DNA from: a bacterium
GTDB lineage: Archaea; Thermoplasmatota; E2; JACPAO01; JAHFTW01
Direction of reading: 5' to 3'
Length of the DNA stretch: 64,000 bases
Assembly: GCA_040390065.1 (NCBI GenBank)
Contig: JAZJZE010000005.1
Location: 96,001 to 160,000, forward strand
In this document: positions 1 to 8,542 of the stretch, one piece after another
Position numbering within the stretch: position 1 is the first letter of the stretch
Layout of the letters: each line of letters opens with the position of its first letter
Notes under the pieces: model-generated
What the model saw: only the letters and a program-made list of their open reading frames with translations
Database searches by the model: none
Told to the model about the DNA's origin: nothing
Position numbers and translations under genes: made by a program

Positions 1-1111
1 GTGTGACGATGCTCAGGATGTCCTTGTCCTTCATCTTGTGGTCGAGGCCGACCGTTTGGCCCGGGAACTTGGCGGACTTGCCCCAGACTTGCGCGTAGCG
101 GAATTTCCTGCGAAAGTCGCGGTGCAGCATGTCGCAGATCATGCCGATGTCGGTGTCCTGCTTGACGATGAGGGGCTCCTCGAGGTCGGCTTCCTTGCCA
201 CGCGGCTTGAGGTAGACCGAGATGAAGTGCAGGTTTTCGTAGATGAAATCCTTGGCGCGGTCGACGCCCCAGCCCTTCGCCGCAGCCAGGGGAATCGCGA
301 GGAAGCCCTGTGTCTTGAGCCACGCCTCGACCTCCTTGTACTTCTCCTCGCCCGCGAGGTCCACCTTGTTGACGAGGCAGACGGCGGGGATGTAGACGCG
401 GTTGCCGGCGAGGTGGTCGACGAGGTCGTCCGGGGTGATGTCCTCGCGCACGACGATGTCGGCGTTGCGCGCCTTGAACTGCTCGACAATCTCGGCGATC
501 TGCTCCGCCGTCATGTGCGTCTGCTTCTTCATCAAGTGGACCTTGATGCCGCCGCGGTCCGTGTAGTAGACGGCGATGTCCTTCGGCCGGCGGTTGATAC
601 GGATGGCGGACTGCTCCAACTCGCGGATGATGATGGGCACGTGGTCGTACGCCTTGCCGCAGTCCAGCGTGACGAGGATCATGTCCGAGTTGCGGGCCGC
701 CGCGATGACTTCCTTGCCGCGGCCCTTGTTGAGGTGGGCGCCGGCGATGATGCCGGGCATGTCGAGGACCTGGATCTCGGCGCTGCGGTGCTTCAGCATG
801 CCTGGGATGACGGTGAGCGTCGTGAACTCGTAGGCCGCCATGGCCGACGTCTCTTGGCCCGTGAGGGCGTTCAAGATGGTCGACTTGCCGACGGACGGCA
901 GGCCGACGAGGCCGACTGTGGCGTTGCCGGACTTCTTGACCGCGAACGAGACGCCGCCGCCACCGCCCATGGACGCCTGCTTCTCGATGGCCGAGCGCAG
1001 GGCTGCAATCTTGGCCTTCAGTTTCCCGATGTGGAACTCGGTGGCCTTGTTCTTCTGCGTCTTGAGGATCTCGGCCTCGATCTCCTTGATCTGATCGGCG
1101 ACGGTCCCCAA
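1..1111 (-). CDS. DRG/Rbg1-family OBG-like GTPase with C-terminal TGS domain (3' end runs off the window)
   Basis: Manual translation from TTG at 1111: MGTVADQIKEIEAEILKTQKNKATEFHIGKLKAK, then G1 GLPSVGKST, YEFTT, DMPGII and TGS-like end KDKDILSIVT. TTATAT box about 25 nt upstream. Missing from the ORF track because it has no stop in the window. Confidence 0.93.
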   Translation of the reverse strand, partial: MGTVADQIKEIEAEILKTQKNKATEFHIGKLKAKIAALRSAIEKQASMGGGGGVSFAVKKSGNATVGLVGLPSVGKSTILNALTGQETSAMAAYEFTTLTVIPGMLKHRSAEIQVLDMPGIIAGAHLNKGRGKEVIAAARNSDMILVTLDCGKAYDHVPIIIRELEQSAIRINRRPKDIAVYYTDRGGIKVHLMKKQTHMTAEQIAEIVEQFKARNADIVVREDITPDDLVDHLAGNRVYIPAVCLVNKVDLAGEEKYKEVEAWLKTQGFLAIPLAAAKGWGVDRAKDFIYENLHFISVYLKPRGKEADLEEPLIVKQDTDIGMICDMLHRDFRRKFRYAQVWGKSAKFPGQTVGLDHKMKDKDILSIVT

Positions 1112-1279
1112 GGCATTTTTCGCCACAGGAGCGGCATATAAGAGCAATAGGGACCCGGGCACGGCCCCCTCCAGGAGCGGGCCCTGGGGGCTTTGGGCCC
1201 CCTTTATCCATCCTGGGACCACCCTTCGAACCCTGTCCGAGCGGGGTTATAAGCAACGTAAGGGGAGTGGGGGGTGTCC

Positions 1280-2869
1280 ATGAAAGCCGTCTTGGCCCTC
1301 CTCACTGCCGTTCTCATGGCAGCGGGCGGCCTCGCCACCATCGCCTCGGTCCATGCCGAGGGCGAGCCCGGCTCCGGTTCCTCGACCCCCCCGCCCAGCG
1401 GGTCAAGCGGCAACTCCACGTCGCCTCCCCCACCGCCCAGCGGCAACAGCACCGACCGCGACGGCGACAAGGTCCCCGACGGCCGCGACAACTGCCCCGA
1501 CCGCCCGAACCCCGGCCAGATGGACTCGGACAAGGACGGCATCGGCGACCTCTGCGACGCCGACGTCGACGGCGACGGCGTGGACAACCAGCACGACAAC
1601 TGCCCCACGGTCCCGAACCACGACCAGGCCGACTCCAACGCGGACGGCCGAGGCGACGCCTGCCCATCCACGACGACGAGCCCCTGCCAACAGGCCAGCG
1701 CCGCGGAGCGCGAAGCGTGCAAGCAGAAGTTCTGCCACGACCACCCCAACTCCTGCCCGCCCCCTCCGCCGGCGGCCGTCTGCAGCCAGCACGAGGCTGC
1801 CGACCGTGACGCTTGCGTGAAGGCATACTGCCAAGAGCACCCCGCCTCGTGCCCGCCCTGCAAGGCCGCCGACGGCAGGCCCTGCATCGAACTCGGCCGC
1901 TTCGGCCACATCCAGTACGTCGTCGCCACCAACGGCGTCGGCGTCGACAACGTCACGGTCAACGACATCCTGGTGCTCGTCCACCTGCGTCTTCTTGGCG
2001 AAGGCCAACTCACGAAGACCGTGGACGGCGGCGTCGTCAAGTTCACGCGTGGCGACGACCGCATCGAGATCCACGACGAGCCCACCGGCCTCCTGCACTA
2101 CGAGGGCCCGAGCGGCCTCGTCCTCACCTTCCCGGCCAGCGCGACGATCGAGATGGGCAAGGACAAGGCGGTCATCCAACTCGATGCCCACCACAAGGCC
2201 ATCCTCAACTTCCAGGCCGCCACCCGCGTCGGGCAACAGCTCACCATCACGGGCTTTGCCGCCCTGCACGCCGACATGCCCCTGGCGGCCGGCAACCCCG
2301 AATTTGCCGCCAAGGTCAACAAAGCCCTAGATGAGCGCCAATTCGGCGCCGCCGTCGAAGTGCGCGGCAAGGACTCCGCGCGCGGCCACGTCGAAGTCCT
2401 CGCCTACGACGACATGAACGTCACCGTCGACGAGGGATCCGGCGCCCCGACGGCCGACGACCCGCTGCACATCCTGGTGCGCTCCGAACTCCACGAGGGC
2501 CGCACCATCTCCGTGACCCTGAACGCCTCCTACCTGCCCTCCAACGGGGGCCGCCTGGAGCTGCACTACTACGACCGCCACGACGACGGCACGCGCACGG
2601 AAGTCATCATCCGCCAGGCCGACGGCCTCGACGACGTGCTCAAGGCCAACGACGACGCGGGCCAGCCCGAGTACTGGATTGTCAGCGACCTCGACGGCAC
2701 GCAGCACGTCCTCATCAGCATCCCGCACTTCAGCGAGCACGAGATCACCATCGCCGGCCTCGGCGTGGCGCTCACGCCGTCCGTCGCCATCGGCATCGGC
2801 GTCGGCATCGTGGCCACCGTCCTGGCCTCCATCATGCTGTTCCGGCCGCGCCGCCGCGCCGACTTCTGA
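1280..2869 (+). CDS. Secreted, C-terminally membrane-anchored surface protein with thrombospondin type-3 Ca-binding repeats
   Basis: Signal peptide MKAVLALLTAVLMAAGGLATIASVHA; DxDxDGxGDxCD/DNCP repeats; Cys-rich duplicated motif; C-terminal TM followed by RPRRR; TTATAAG about 30 nt upstream. Confidence 0.85.
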   Translation: MKAVLALLTAVLMAAGGLATIASVHAEGEPGSGSSTPPPSGSSGNSTSPPPPPSGNSTDRDGDKVPDGRDNCPDRPNPGQMDSDKDGIGDLCDADVDGDGVDNQHDNCPTVPNHDQADSNADGRGDACPSTTTSPCQQASAAEREACKQKFCHDHPNSCPPPPPAAVCSQHEAADRDACVKAYCQEHPASCPPCKAADGRPCIELGRFGHIQYVVATNGVGVDNVTVNDILVLVHLRLLGEGQLTKTVDGGVVKFTRGDDRIEIHDEPTGLLHYEGPSGLVLTFPASATIEMGKDKAVIQLDAHHKAILNFQAATRVGQQLTITGFAALHADMPLAAGNPEFAAKVNKALDERQFGAAVEVRGKDSARGHVEVLAYDDMNVTVDEGSGAPTADDPLHILVRSELHEGRTISVTLNASYLPSNGGRLELHYYDRHDDGTRTEVIIRQADGLDDVLKANDDAGQPEYWIVSDLDGTQHVLISIPHFSEHEITIAGLGVALTPSVAIGIGVGIVATVLASIMLFRPRRRADF

Positions 2870-2893
2870 TTGCGCTGGCGTGGCTCTCGGGCA

Positions 2894-3101
2894 AACACAG
2901 ATTCCACAGAATTTTCCTGCGCCATGCCGGCGCCGGCGTCGTCTTGACTCGAACGGCACCCGCCCAGAATTCCCCAGACAAGATTTCCGGGGCGCTCTGG
3001 GCCGCGACGCAAGTGCATCTGTGGGATTCTGGGGCAGCCATTTGGCAGCAGGCCGCGGACCACTGGAATTTGCAGCCCAAAATATCCGTGGAATCTGTGT
3101 T
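2894..3101. repeat. 208-bp segment bounded by a perfect 14-bp inverted repeat (MITE-like or structured intergenic element)
   Basis: AACACAGATTCCAC at 2894-2907 and GTGGAATCTGTGTT at 3088-3101, between convergent genes; no target-site duplication seen. Confidence 0.45.
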
Positions 3102-3127
3102 CTGGCTGGGGGGACGGATTAGCCACA

Positions 3128-3733
3128 CTACGGCGGCCCCGGCGGCTGGTCGTCCGGAGGCAACGGCGAATCCGGCGGAGGCGCGGCCGCCTTCTCTGGC
3201 GGCACCAGGGCAAGCCACGCGTCCGTGAACCGGTCGACCGCCTCGTCGAGGAAGGATTTCTTGTACGTGACAAGGACGTTGGCCACGCGCTCGGGTTCGG
3301 CGACGAACAAGCGCTTCGTGCGTCCGGCGGCTTCTTCCAGCAGCAGCCCCGCCAACCGGAGTTTCTTGAGGTGGAAGGACAGGGTCGGCCCCGACAATCC
3401 CACGACGTCGCGCAGGTCGCCGGGCGTGGTCCCCGGGTGCAGGATGAGGTGCGTGCAGATCTTCCTTGGCCCGCTGTGGCGGATGAGCGACAGGATGTCC
3501 TTGTCGCGCCGGTCCATCCCCTGGCCCGGGTAGAACGACTTGAAGCCGCCTTGTTCGCGCGTGGCCAGGATGCCGTGGCGCACGAGGTGGTAGCAGTGGT
3601 ACTCCAGGGTCGACACCGGCATCGACAATGCCTCGGCGAGGGCGCGCAGGTGCAGGCCCGGGCTGGTCCCGACAAAGGCGACGATGCGGCGGCGCGCCTC
3701 CAGATCCAGGACCGTGTCCGCATCGGGCCCCAT
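3128..3733 (-). CDS. Tandem winged-helix transcriptional regulator (archaeal ArsR-like double wHTH)
   Basis: Two wHTH units: PGLHLRALAEALSMPVSTLEYHCYHL and PGTTPGDLRDVVGLSGPTLSFHLKKL; ATG at 3733, just after the upstream gene stop. Confidence 0.88.
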   Translation of the reverse strand: MGPDADTVLDLEARRRIVAFVGTSPGLHLRALAEALSMPVSTLEYHCYHLVRHGILATREQGGFKSFYPGQGMDRRDKDILSLIRHSGPRKICTHLILHPGTTPGDLRDVVGLSGPTLSFHLKKLRLAGLLLEEAAGRTKRLFVAEPERVANVLVTYKKSFLDEAVDRFTDAWLALVPPEKAAAPPPDSPLPPDDQPPGPP

Positions 3734-3735
3734 GT

Positions 3736-4026
3736 CTACCTCTTGAGGACCGCCATGTAGAGCAGCACGACGATGGCCAGGCTCGAGACGGCAAGGACGG
3801 GGAACTCGCCCGCCGAGCCGGATGCAACGTCGGCTCGCCGTTCGTAGGCCAGCCAGGCGAGGTAAACGCCCTGCGCGGCAAAGGCGGCGAACGCCAGTGC
3901 GATCATGAGGAGCTTGCTGCTGCGAACGCGCGCAAACGCCACGAGGCCGAGGACCATGAGGAGGGTCGAAAGCCCCGCCAACAGGATGGCGGCAGCGACG
4001 GCAACGTTGGCCCAGGTCCCGCTCAC
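3736..4026 (-). CDS. Small 3-TM membrane protein co-transcribed with the wHTH regulator
   Basis: GTG at 4026 about 25 nt after TTATAG; three hydrophobic segments; stop 2 nt before the regulator start. Confidence 0.75.
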   Translation of the reverse strand: MSGTWANVAVAAAILLAGLSTLLMVLGLVAFARVRSSKLLMIALAFAAFAAQGVYLAWLAYERRADVASGSAGEFPVLAVSSLAIVVLLYMAVLKR

Positions 4027-4048
4027 GCCGGCCCATCCAGGTGGTTCG

Positions 4049-4528
4049 CTATAACGTGTTGGAAGCGCCGTGGGCGCGCGCAGCACGCTCGGCCTCGAGC
4101 TTCGTGGCGAGCCGGCGCACGGCGTCCACCGTCGCGGCGGGCAGCCGGAAGCCGTCGGTGTGCGGGCAGTAGTCGGCGTCGAGCTCGGCTCCCCGCAAGG
4201 CGTCATCCCACACCGCGGGGTAGAGCCGGCAACCCTCCGGCCGGATGGCGTGGATGGTGCAAGCGCCGTCCTCCGACAGGAACGTGCACGGCCTCGGCAA
4301 GGCTCCAGGCGCCGCGTGGGACCCGCGCGCTGGCGGCCCGTCGCGCGTGCGCAGCTGCAGGTAGCCGTCGTCGGCCACGAAATGGAAGTCGCGGCCGGGA
4401 TGTGCGGCGGAAATGCGTGCGAGGTCAGCGTCGGTGAGGAGCATCTCCACGTCGTGGCAACACGCGCTGCAAGCATGGGCCACGCACGGATTTACGGAGA
4501 CGAATGGAATTTGGGGCAGGTTCGTCAT
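4049..4528 (-). CDS. YkgJ-family cysteine-cluster (CxxCxxCC) protein
   Basis: CVAHACSACC...CTFLSEDGACTIHAIRPEGCRLYP motif; ATG overlaps the dcd stop (ATGA). Confidence 0.88.
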   Translation of the reverse strand: MTNLPQIPFVSVNPCVAHACSACCHDVEMLLTDADLARISAAHPGRDFHFVADDGYLQLRTRDGPPARGSHAAPGALPRPCTFLSEDGACTIHAIRPEGCRLYPAVWDDALRGAELDADYCPHTDGFRLPAATVDAVRRLATKLEAERAARAHGASNTL

Positions 4529-5010
4529 GGCTTGGCCCGGGGCGCGAGTGTGACGCCGCGCTGGTCTTGGTAGGCGCCGGCGTACGGCTTGCGCGGCGGC
4601 GATGCAAGCGGCTCGAAGACGACTTGGCAGAAGCGGTCGCCGACCGTGATTTCGAGCGGCTCGTGGCCGGCGTGGAAGGCACCAAGCGTCAGGTTGCCGC
4701 GGAAGCCGGCGTCGACCTTGCCGAAGGAGGCAAGCACACCGCGTCGGGCAAAGCTGGAACGGATCCAGAGCGACCCGACGACGTCGGGGGGCATGCGCAG
4801 GACCGCCTCCGTGCCGACTACGAAGCGCGTCATGGGCGGCACCTGGACCTTGCCCGCGGCCACGGGCTCGGATGACACCGAAGGGACGAGGACGTGGCCG
4901 ATGCGCAAGTCCAAGCCGTTGGGCGTCAAGTCCTCGGGATGCCATGGCAGCGCTTCGAGCGTGCCGGCCTGCACTGCGGCAAGGATGTCGGCATCGCTCC
5001 AGGTGGCCAC
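4525..5010 (-). CDS. dcd: dCTP deaminase (trimeric dUTPase/dCTP deaminase family)
   Basis: WSDADI, PNGLDLRIG, IRSSFARRG, GKVDAGFRGNLT, GDRFCQVVF, YAGAYQDQRGV; likely GTG start at 5010 (the longer ORF extension overlaps the tRNA). Confidence 0.88.
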   Translation of the reverse strand: MATWSDADILAAVQAGTLEALPWHPEDLTPNGLDLRIGHVLVPSVSSEPVAAGKVQVPPMTRFVVGTEAVLRMPPDVVGSLWIRSSFARRGVLASFGKVDAGFRGNLTLGAFHAGHEPLEITVGDRFCQVVFEPLASPPRKPYAGAYQDQRGVTLAPRAKP

Positions 5011-5141
5011 GGTCTTGGCAGGGAGCAGGCAGATTTCAACCGGACGCCCCGCAACGGATACCCTCACGGCCGAAACGACGGGAAGCTCGCCGCCTTCGGC
5101 GGCAGCGCTCTTCCGTTTGGCGCTGCTGCGCCAAGCATCAG

Positions 5142-5214
5142 TGGGCCTTCTCGGATTTGAACCGAGGTCAAATGGTCCCAAACCATCTAGGATACCAAGC
5201 TACCCCAAAGGCCC
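5142..5214 (-). tRNA. tRNA-Pro (anticodon TGG)
   Basis: GGGCCTT/AAGGCCC acceptor stem, D-loop AGCTTGGTA, anticodon arm GATGG-TTTGGGA-CCATT, T arm CTCGG-TTCAAAT-CCGAG, discriminator A, no encoded CCA. Confidence 0.96.
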
Positions 5215-5443
5215 GATTGTGTTTGCGACGCCACGCCCCTCCAAAAGGCTTCAGGGGGTCGAGGGGGCGCGAGCGCCCCCGCGTGGGGGTTGAAGGGAAG
5301 GGGGCGAAGCCCCCTTCCAAGCCGACCCGGTGAGCGCAGCGAACCGGGTCCAGCGGGCGTGTCGACGGAGCCAGCCGTCGATACCAAGCTACCCCAAAGG
5401 CCCGATTGTGTTTGCGACGGCACGCCCCTCAAAAAGGCTTCAG
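5191..5443. repeat. 64-bp direct repeat (tRNA-Pro promoter plus first 24 nt of the tRNA) flanking a 125-bp hairpin-rich spacer
   Basis: 5191-5254 versus 5380-5443: 62 of 64 identical; the spacer holds four GC-rich stem-loops. Confidence 0.9.
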
Positions 5444-5506
5444 CCTGGCGTGGGGGGCCATCGGCCATCCGTTTCACCGTTTTCCCGGACTTCCTGGCCT
5501 TCCCGG

Positions 5507-8404
5507 CTAGTTCCGCGCCCACACTGCGACGGCCAGCATGGCCAGCAGGATGAGGAGCACGCCGGCGCCGCCGACGAACCAGCCCCAGATGGGGAACGAG
5601 TCGCTGGCTTCCGTGGCCTTGACGGCCGCGGTGGGGCGTTCTGCGGTGGTCACGGGTGCTGGTGGTGCGCTCGTGACGAGTGTCGTCTGCTGGAACAGGA
5701 GGATGGCGCCGTCGGTGGACTTGGCCAGCATGCGCACGGTGTAGTTGCCCTGGACCTTGTAGGTGTGGTCGATCGGTCCCGTCGAGGCGACCGGGTCGCT
5801 GCCGTCGCCGAAGTCCCAGACGAAGTCGTCTGCCGTCACGACGGGGTCGGCCGTGACGAGGCCCTTGTCGCCGCTTTGCAGCGTGAAGCCGGGGCCGGTG
5901 TAGAGCTTGGAGACGACCAGGACCTGCACCGTGTCGGTGTTGGTGGACTTGCTGTCGGAGACTTCGAGGGTGTAGACGAAGGTGCGGCCGACCGAACCGG
6001 CCGGCACCGTGAAACTCGGGGCCTTCGCGGTCGCGCTGTCGAGCGCGGGCGCACCCGTTCCACGGGCCTTCCACAGGTAGGTGAGCGCGTCGTTGTCGGC
6101 ATCGGTCGAGCCGGAACCGTCGAGGGTCACCTTGTCGCCTTCATGGGCTTGGATGGAACCACCGGCTTTGGCAATCGGGTGGTGGTTGGCAATGGAGATT
6201 GTCACGACGACGTCATCGGGCAGGGACTCGTGCGTGCCGTCGCCGACCACGAGCGCGAAGCCCAATTCGACCGAGTTGCCATCGGCGAGGGTCGGCGCCG
6301 CAAACGTGGCGTCCTGGGTGTCTGCGTCCTTCAGGTCGACCGCGATGCCGGAGACTTGGTGCCAGTGCCACGAGGTCGCATCGACGCCGTTGGCGATGCC
6401 GTGCAACGTCACCGTTGCGCCCTCGCTGGCGGCGAAGTCGTCGCCCGCGAAGGCACCCGGCGAGGGGTCGCCTGCCGCCGGGCCGTCGTTGGGGACGCCT
6501 CCCGAGATGGTGATGGACATGGTGCTGCAGCCGACGCCGCTCAGGCCTGAGTTGTCCTTGACCGTCAAGCAGACGGCGTAGTCGCCCGCGCTGCTGTACG
6601 TGTGCTGCGCGTAGCGGTCCGTCGACGACGTGCCGTCGTTGAAGTCCCAGAGCCAGTCGTGCAGTTCTGCCGAGCCGTCGGGGTCGGAGGAGGTGTCGGT
6701 GAAGCCGACCGGTGTGCCCACGGGGACCGAGACCGGATGCGTGAAGCCGGCGGCGGGCGGGTCGTTGATGCATGTGACGGTGATCGTGACCGTGCCGACG
6801 TTGCTGTACGCGGGCGGCGTCAGTCCAGTGGGGGCGTAGTTGTCCTCCAGTTGGTACGTGAACGAGTCGCTGCCGCAGAAGTTGGAGTTCGGTCGGTAGC
6901 GGAACCCGCCGGTCAGGGAGATGGCAGGGCTCGGGCCCGCACCGTTGAACATGAGGAGGGTTCCGGCGCCCGGACCGGTCACGATGGTCACGGGCTCTGC
7001 ATCGAGGTTCGGCGTCGCGGGGGCGAATTGCACATCGTCTACGTCCACGTCATTGCACTTGACGCCAAACGGCGGCGTCAGGCAGGAAGTGCCGATGAGG
7101 AGGTACGACGAGCCGCAACTCGTGGCGGAGGTCGCGCTGCAGTCCTCGTTCATCGTGTAGCCGTCGGCGACCGGTGCCGGCGGATCGGCTTGGCACTGCA
7201 CGTCGAACTTGACCTTGACCGGCTGGCTTGCCGTCGGCCCATACGCGTTCCAGGCCGAATCGACGACGCGGAACTCGAGGTAGTCGGGGACCGTGAAGGG
7301 GACGCCGTTGCAGTAATCGGCGTCGGGGTTGTAGGTGACGACGTCGAACGTCGGGCATGGGCAGCCGCCAGCCGGTGCCGCAAACGTGTAGGGGTAAGCG
7401 CCGCACGACGGCGGGGCGCCCGCCAGGCTGCCGTACGACGGCTGCGTCTCGATGCAATAGCCGCGGATGCTGTCGCCGTTGGCGGGGTCGTCGATGTCGG
7501 CGCCAGCCAAGGGGACCGTGACGGGCGTTGCGCATCCGGAGGTGGGCACGGTCGTCGTGCAATCCTCGTCGAGGGCAACCGTCGCGGGCGCGGCCACGGG
7601 GGTGGCGTCGCGGTAGAACAGGATGGCCCGGTTGGAAAGGTCCACTGCGGTCGTGCCGGGGCCTTGCCAGAAGTAGGTGAGACCGCCGTCGTCCAGGGTG
7701 GGCGTCATGGCATCCGTGTTGGCGCCGTCGGATTCGATGCCGACGAGCGTGCCCTGTCCGGAGCCGCCAGCGGCTGGCACGTAGGCTGCGTTCTTCATCC
7801 AGACGCGCACGTCGCCCGTGTTCTCCTGCAGCCGGATCTGGAACGTCACAAGCGTCGCGCTGCACGGTGCGGGAGGCTCGTACAGGGGCACGTCGGTCCA
7901 TTGGACGACGAACTCGCGGTCCGGCGCAGTGCCGACCATCGCGTACCGGATGGTGCCGGAGCAAGCGACCTGTTCATTGTTGACGAAGAGGCCGGCGATG
8001 TAGTGGTTCGGGTTGGCGGTGTTCGGCGCGGAGACCGGCGTGAACGAGGTCGGGTCGGGGCCCGTCGTCATCTCGGCGAGGTTGAGGCCGATGTAGCCGT
8101 TCTCGTGGACGTAGACGTTCGCGCCGGCATAGTTGGTGCCGTAGAAGTTGAACTTGAAGTCAGCCGGCAAGACGAGGGCCGCGCTGGGCCCGTCCTTGAC
8201 CAAGGTCGGGACGTTTGCCCCGGTCAGGCTGATGTCGTTGGGGCCCCAAGTCATCGCGCCGTAGGGCCACGATGGGTCGTTGCTGTCGATGAAACGGTAC
8301 AGGCCGGCATCGGCGGTGGCGGGTGGAATGACGGCGTTTGCATGGGGCGCCAGCAGGACGACCGCGGCCAGGCCGAGCAGGGCAAGGGCGGGCAGGGACC
8401 GCAT
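5507..8404 (-). CDS. Surface array protein 1: nidogen-like head, cadherin/Big_9 repeats, PKD cassette, C-terminal TM anchor
   Basis: Signal peptide MRSLPALALLGLAAVVLLAPHANA; FKFNFYGTNY...VHENGYI; TCINDPP repeat; WDFNDG/WDFGDG PKD motifs; terminal hydrophobic helix. Confidence 0.85.
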   Translation of the reverse strand: MRSLPALALLGLAAVVLLAPHANAVIPPATADAGLYRFIDSNDPSWPYGAMTWGPNDISLTGANVPTLVKDGPSAALVLPADFKFNFYGTNYAGANVYVHENGYIGLNLAEMTTGPDPTSFTPVSAPNTANPNHYIAGLFVNNEQVACSGTIRYAMVGTAPDREFVVQWTDVPLYEPPAPCSATLVTFQIRLQENTGDVRVWMKNAAYVPAAGGSGQGTLVGIESDGANTDAMTPTLDDGGLTYFWQGPGTTAVDLSNRAILFYRDATPVAAPATVALDEDCTTTVPTSGCATPVTVPLAGADIDDPANGDSIRGYCIETQPSYGSLAGAPPSCGAYPYTFAAPAGGCPCPTFDVVTYNPDADYCNGVPFTVPDYLEFRVVDSAWNAYGPTASQPVKVKFDVQCQADPPAPVADGYTMNEDCSATSATSCGSSYLLIGTSCLTPPFGVKCNDVDVDDVQFAPATPNLDAEPVTIVTGPGAGTLLMFNGAGPSPAISLTGGFRYRPNSNFCGSDSFTYQLEDNYAPTGLTPPAYSNVGTVTITVTCINDPPAAGFTHPVSVPVGTPVGFTDTSSDPDGSAELHDWLWDFNDGTSSTDRYAQHTYSSAGDYAVCLTVKDNSGLSGVGCSTMSITISGGVPNDGPAAGDPSPGAFAGDDFAASEGATVTLHGIANGVDATSWHWHQVSGIAVDLKDADTQDATFAAPTLADGNSVELGFALVVGDGTHESLPDDVVVTISIANHHPIAKAGGSIQAHEGDKVTLDGSGSTDADNDALTYLWKARGTGAPALDSATAKAPSFTVPAGSVGRTFVYTLEVSDSKSTNTDTVQVLVVSKLYTGPGFTLQSGDKGLVTADPVVTADDFVWDFGDGSDPVASTGPIDHTYKVQGNYTVRMLAKSTDGAILLFQQTTLVTSAPPAPVTTAERPTAAVKATEASDSFPIWGWFVGGAGVLLILLAMLAVAVWARN

Positions 8405-8470
8405 CACGGTACGACCGCCTTCACCTGTTGGGGGAAACCCAAGGACCACACTGTCCCACTTTGCTGCATA

Positions 8471-8482
8471 CACTTGAAGTTT
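8471..8482 (-). promoter_or_regulatory. Shared BRE/TATA-like motif AAACTTCAAGTG upstream of array gene 1
   Basis: Near-identical 12-mer upstream of array genes 2 (13875-13886) and 3 (18168-18179). Confidence 0.5.
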
Positions 8483-8542
8483 GTGGCCACTTTCGGGGGA
8501 AGCCGGAGCCTGCCGCCTCTGTTGGGGACGAGGCCCGGCCAT

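Noticed and set aside
38-1141. 367-aa plus-strand ORF
   Set aside because: Antisense shadow of the DRG GTPase on the minus strand, which has clear GTPase motifs.
4440-4480. CSACCH in the YkgJ protein as a haem c site for CcmF
   Set aside because: Part of the family CxxCxxCC metal cluster motif in a protein with no signal peptide.
5088-5128. Hairpins GCCGCC/GGCGGC and GCAGCGC/GCGCTGC downstream of the tRNA
   Set aside because: Could be a terminator or processing signal, but short GC stems are common at this GC content, so not reported as a feature.
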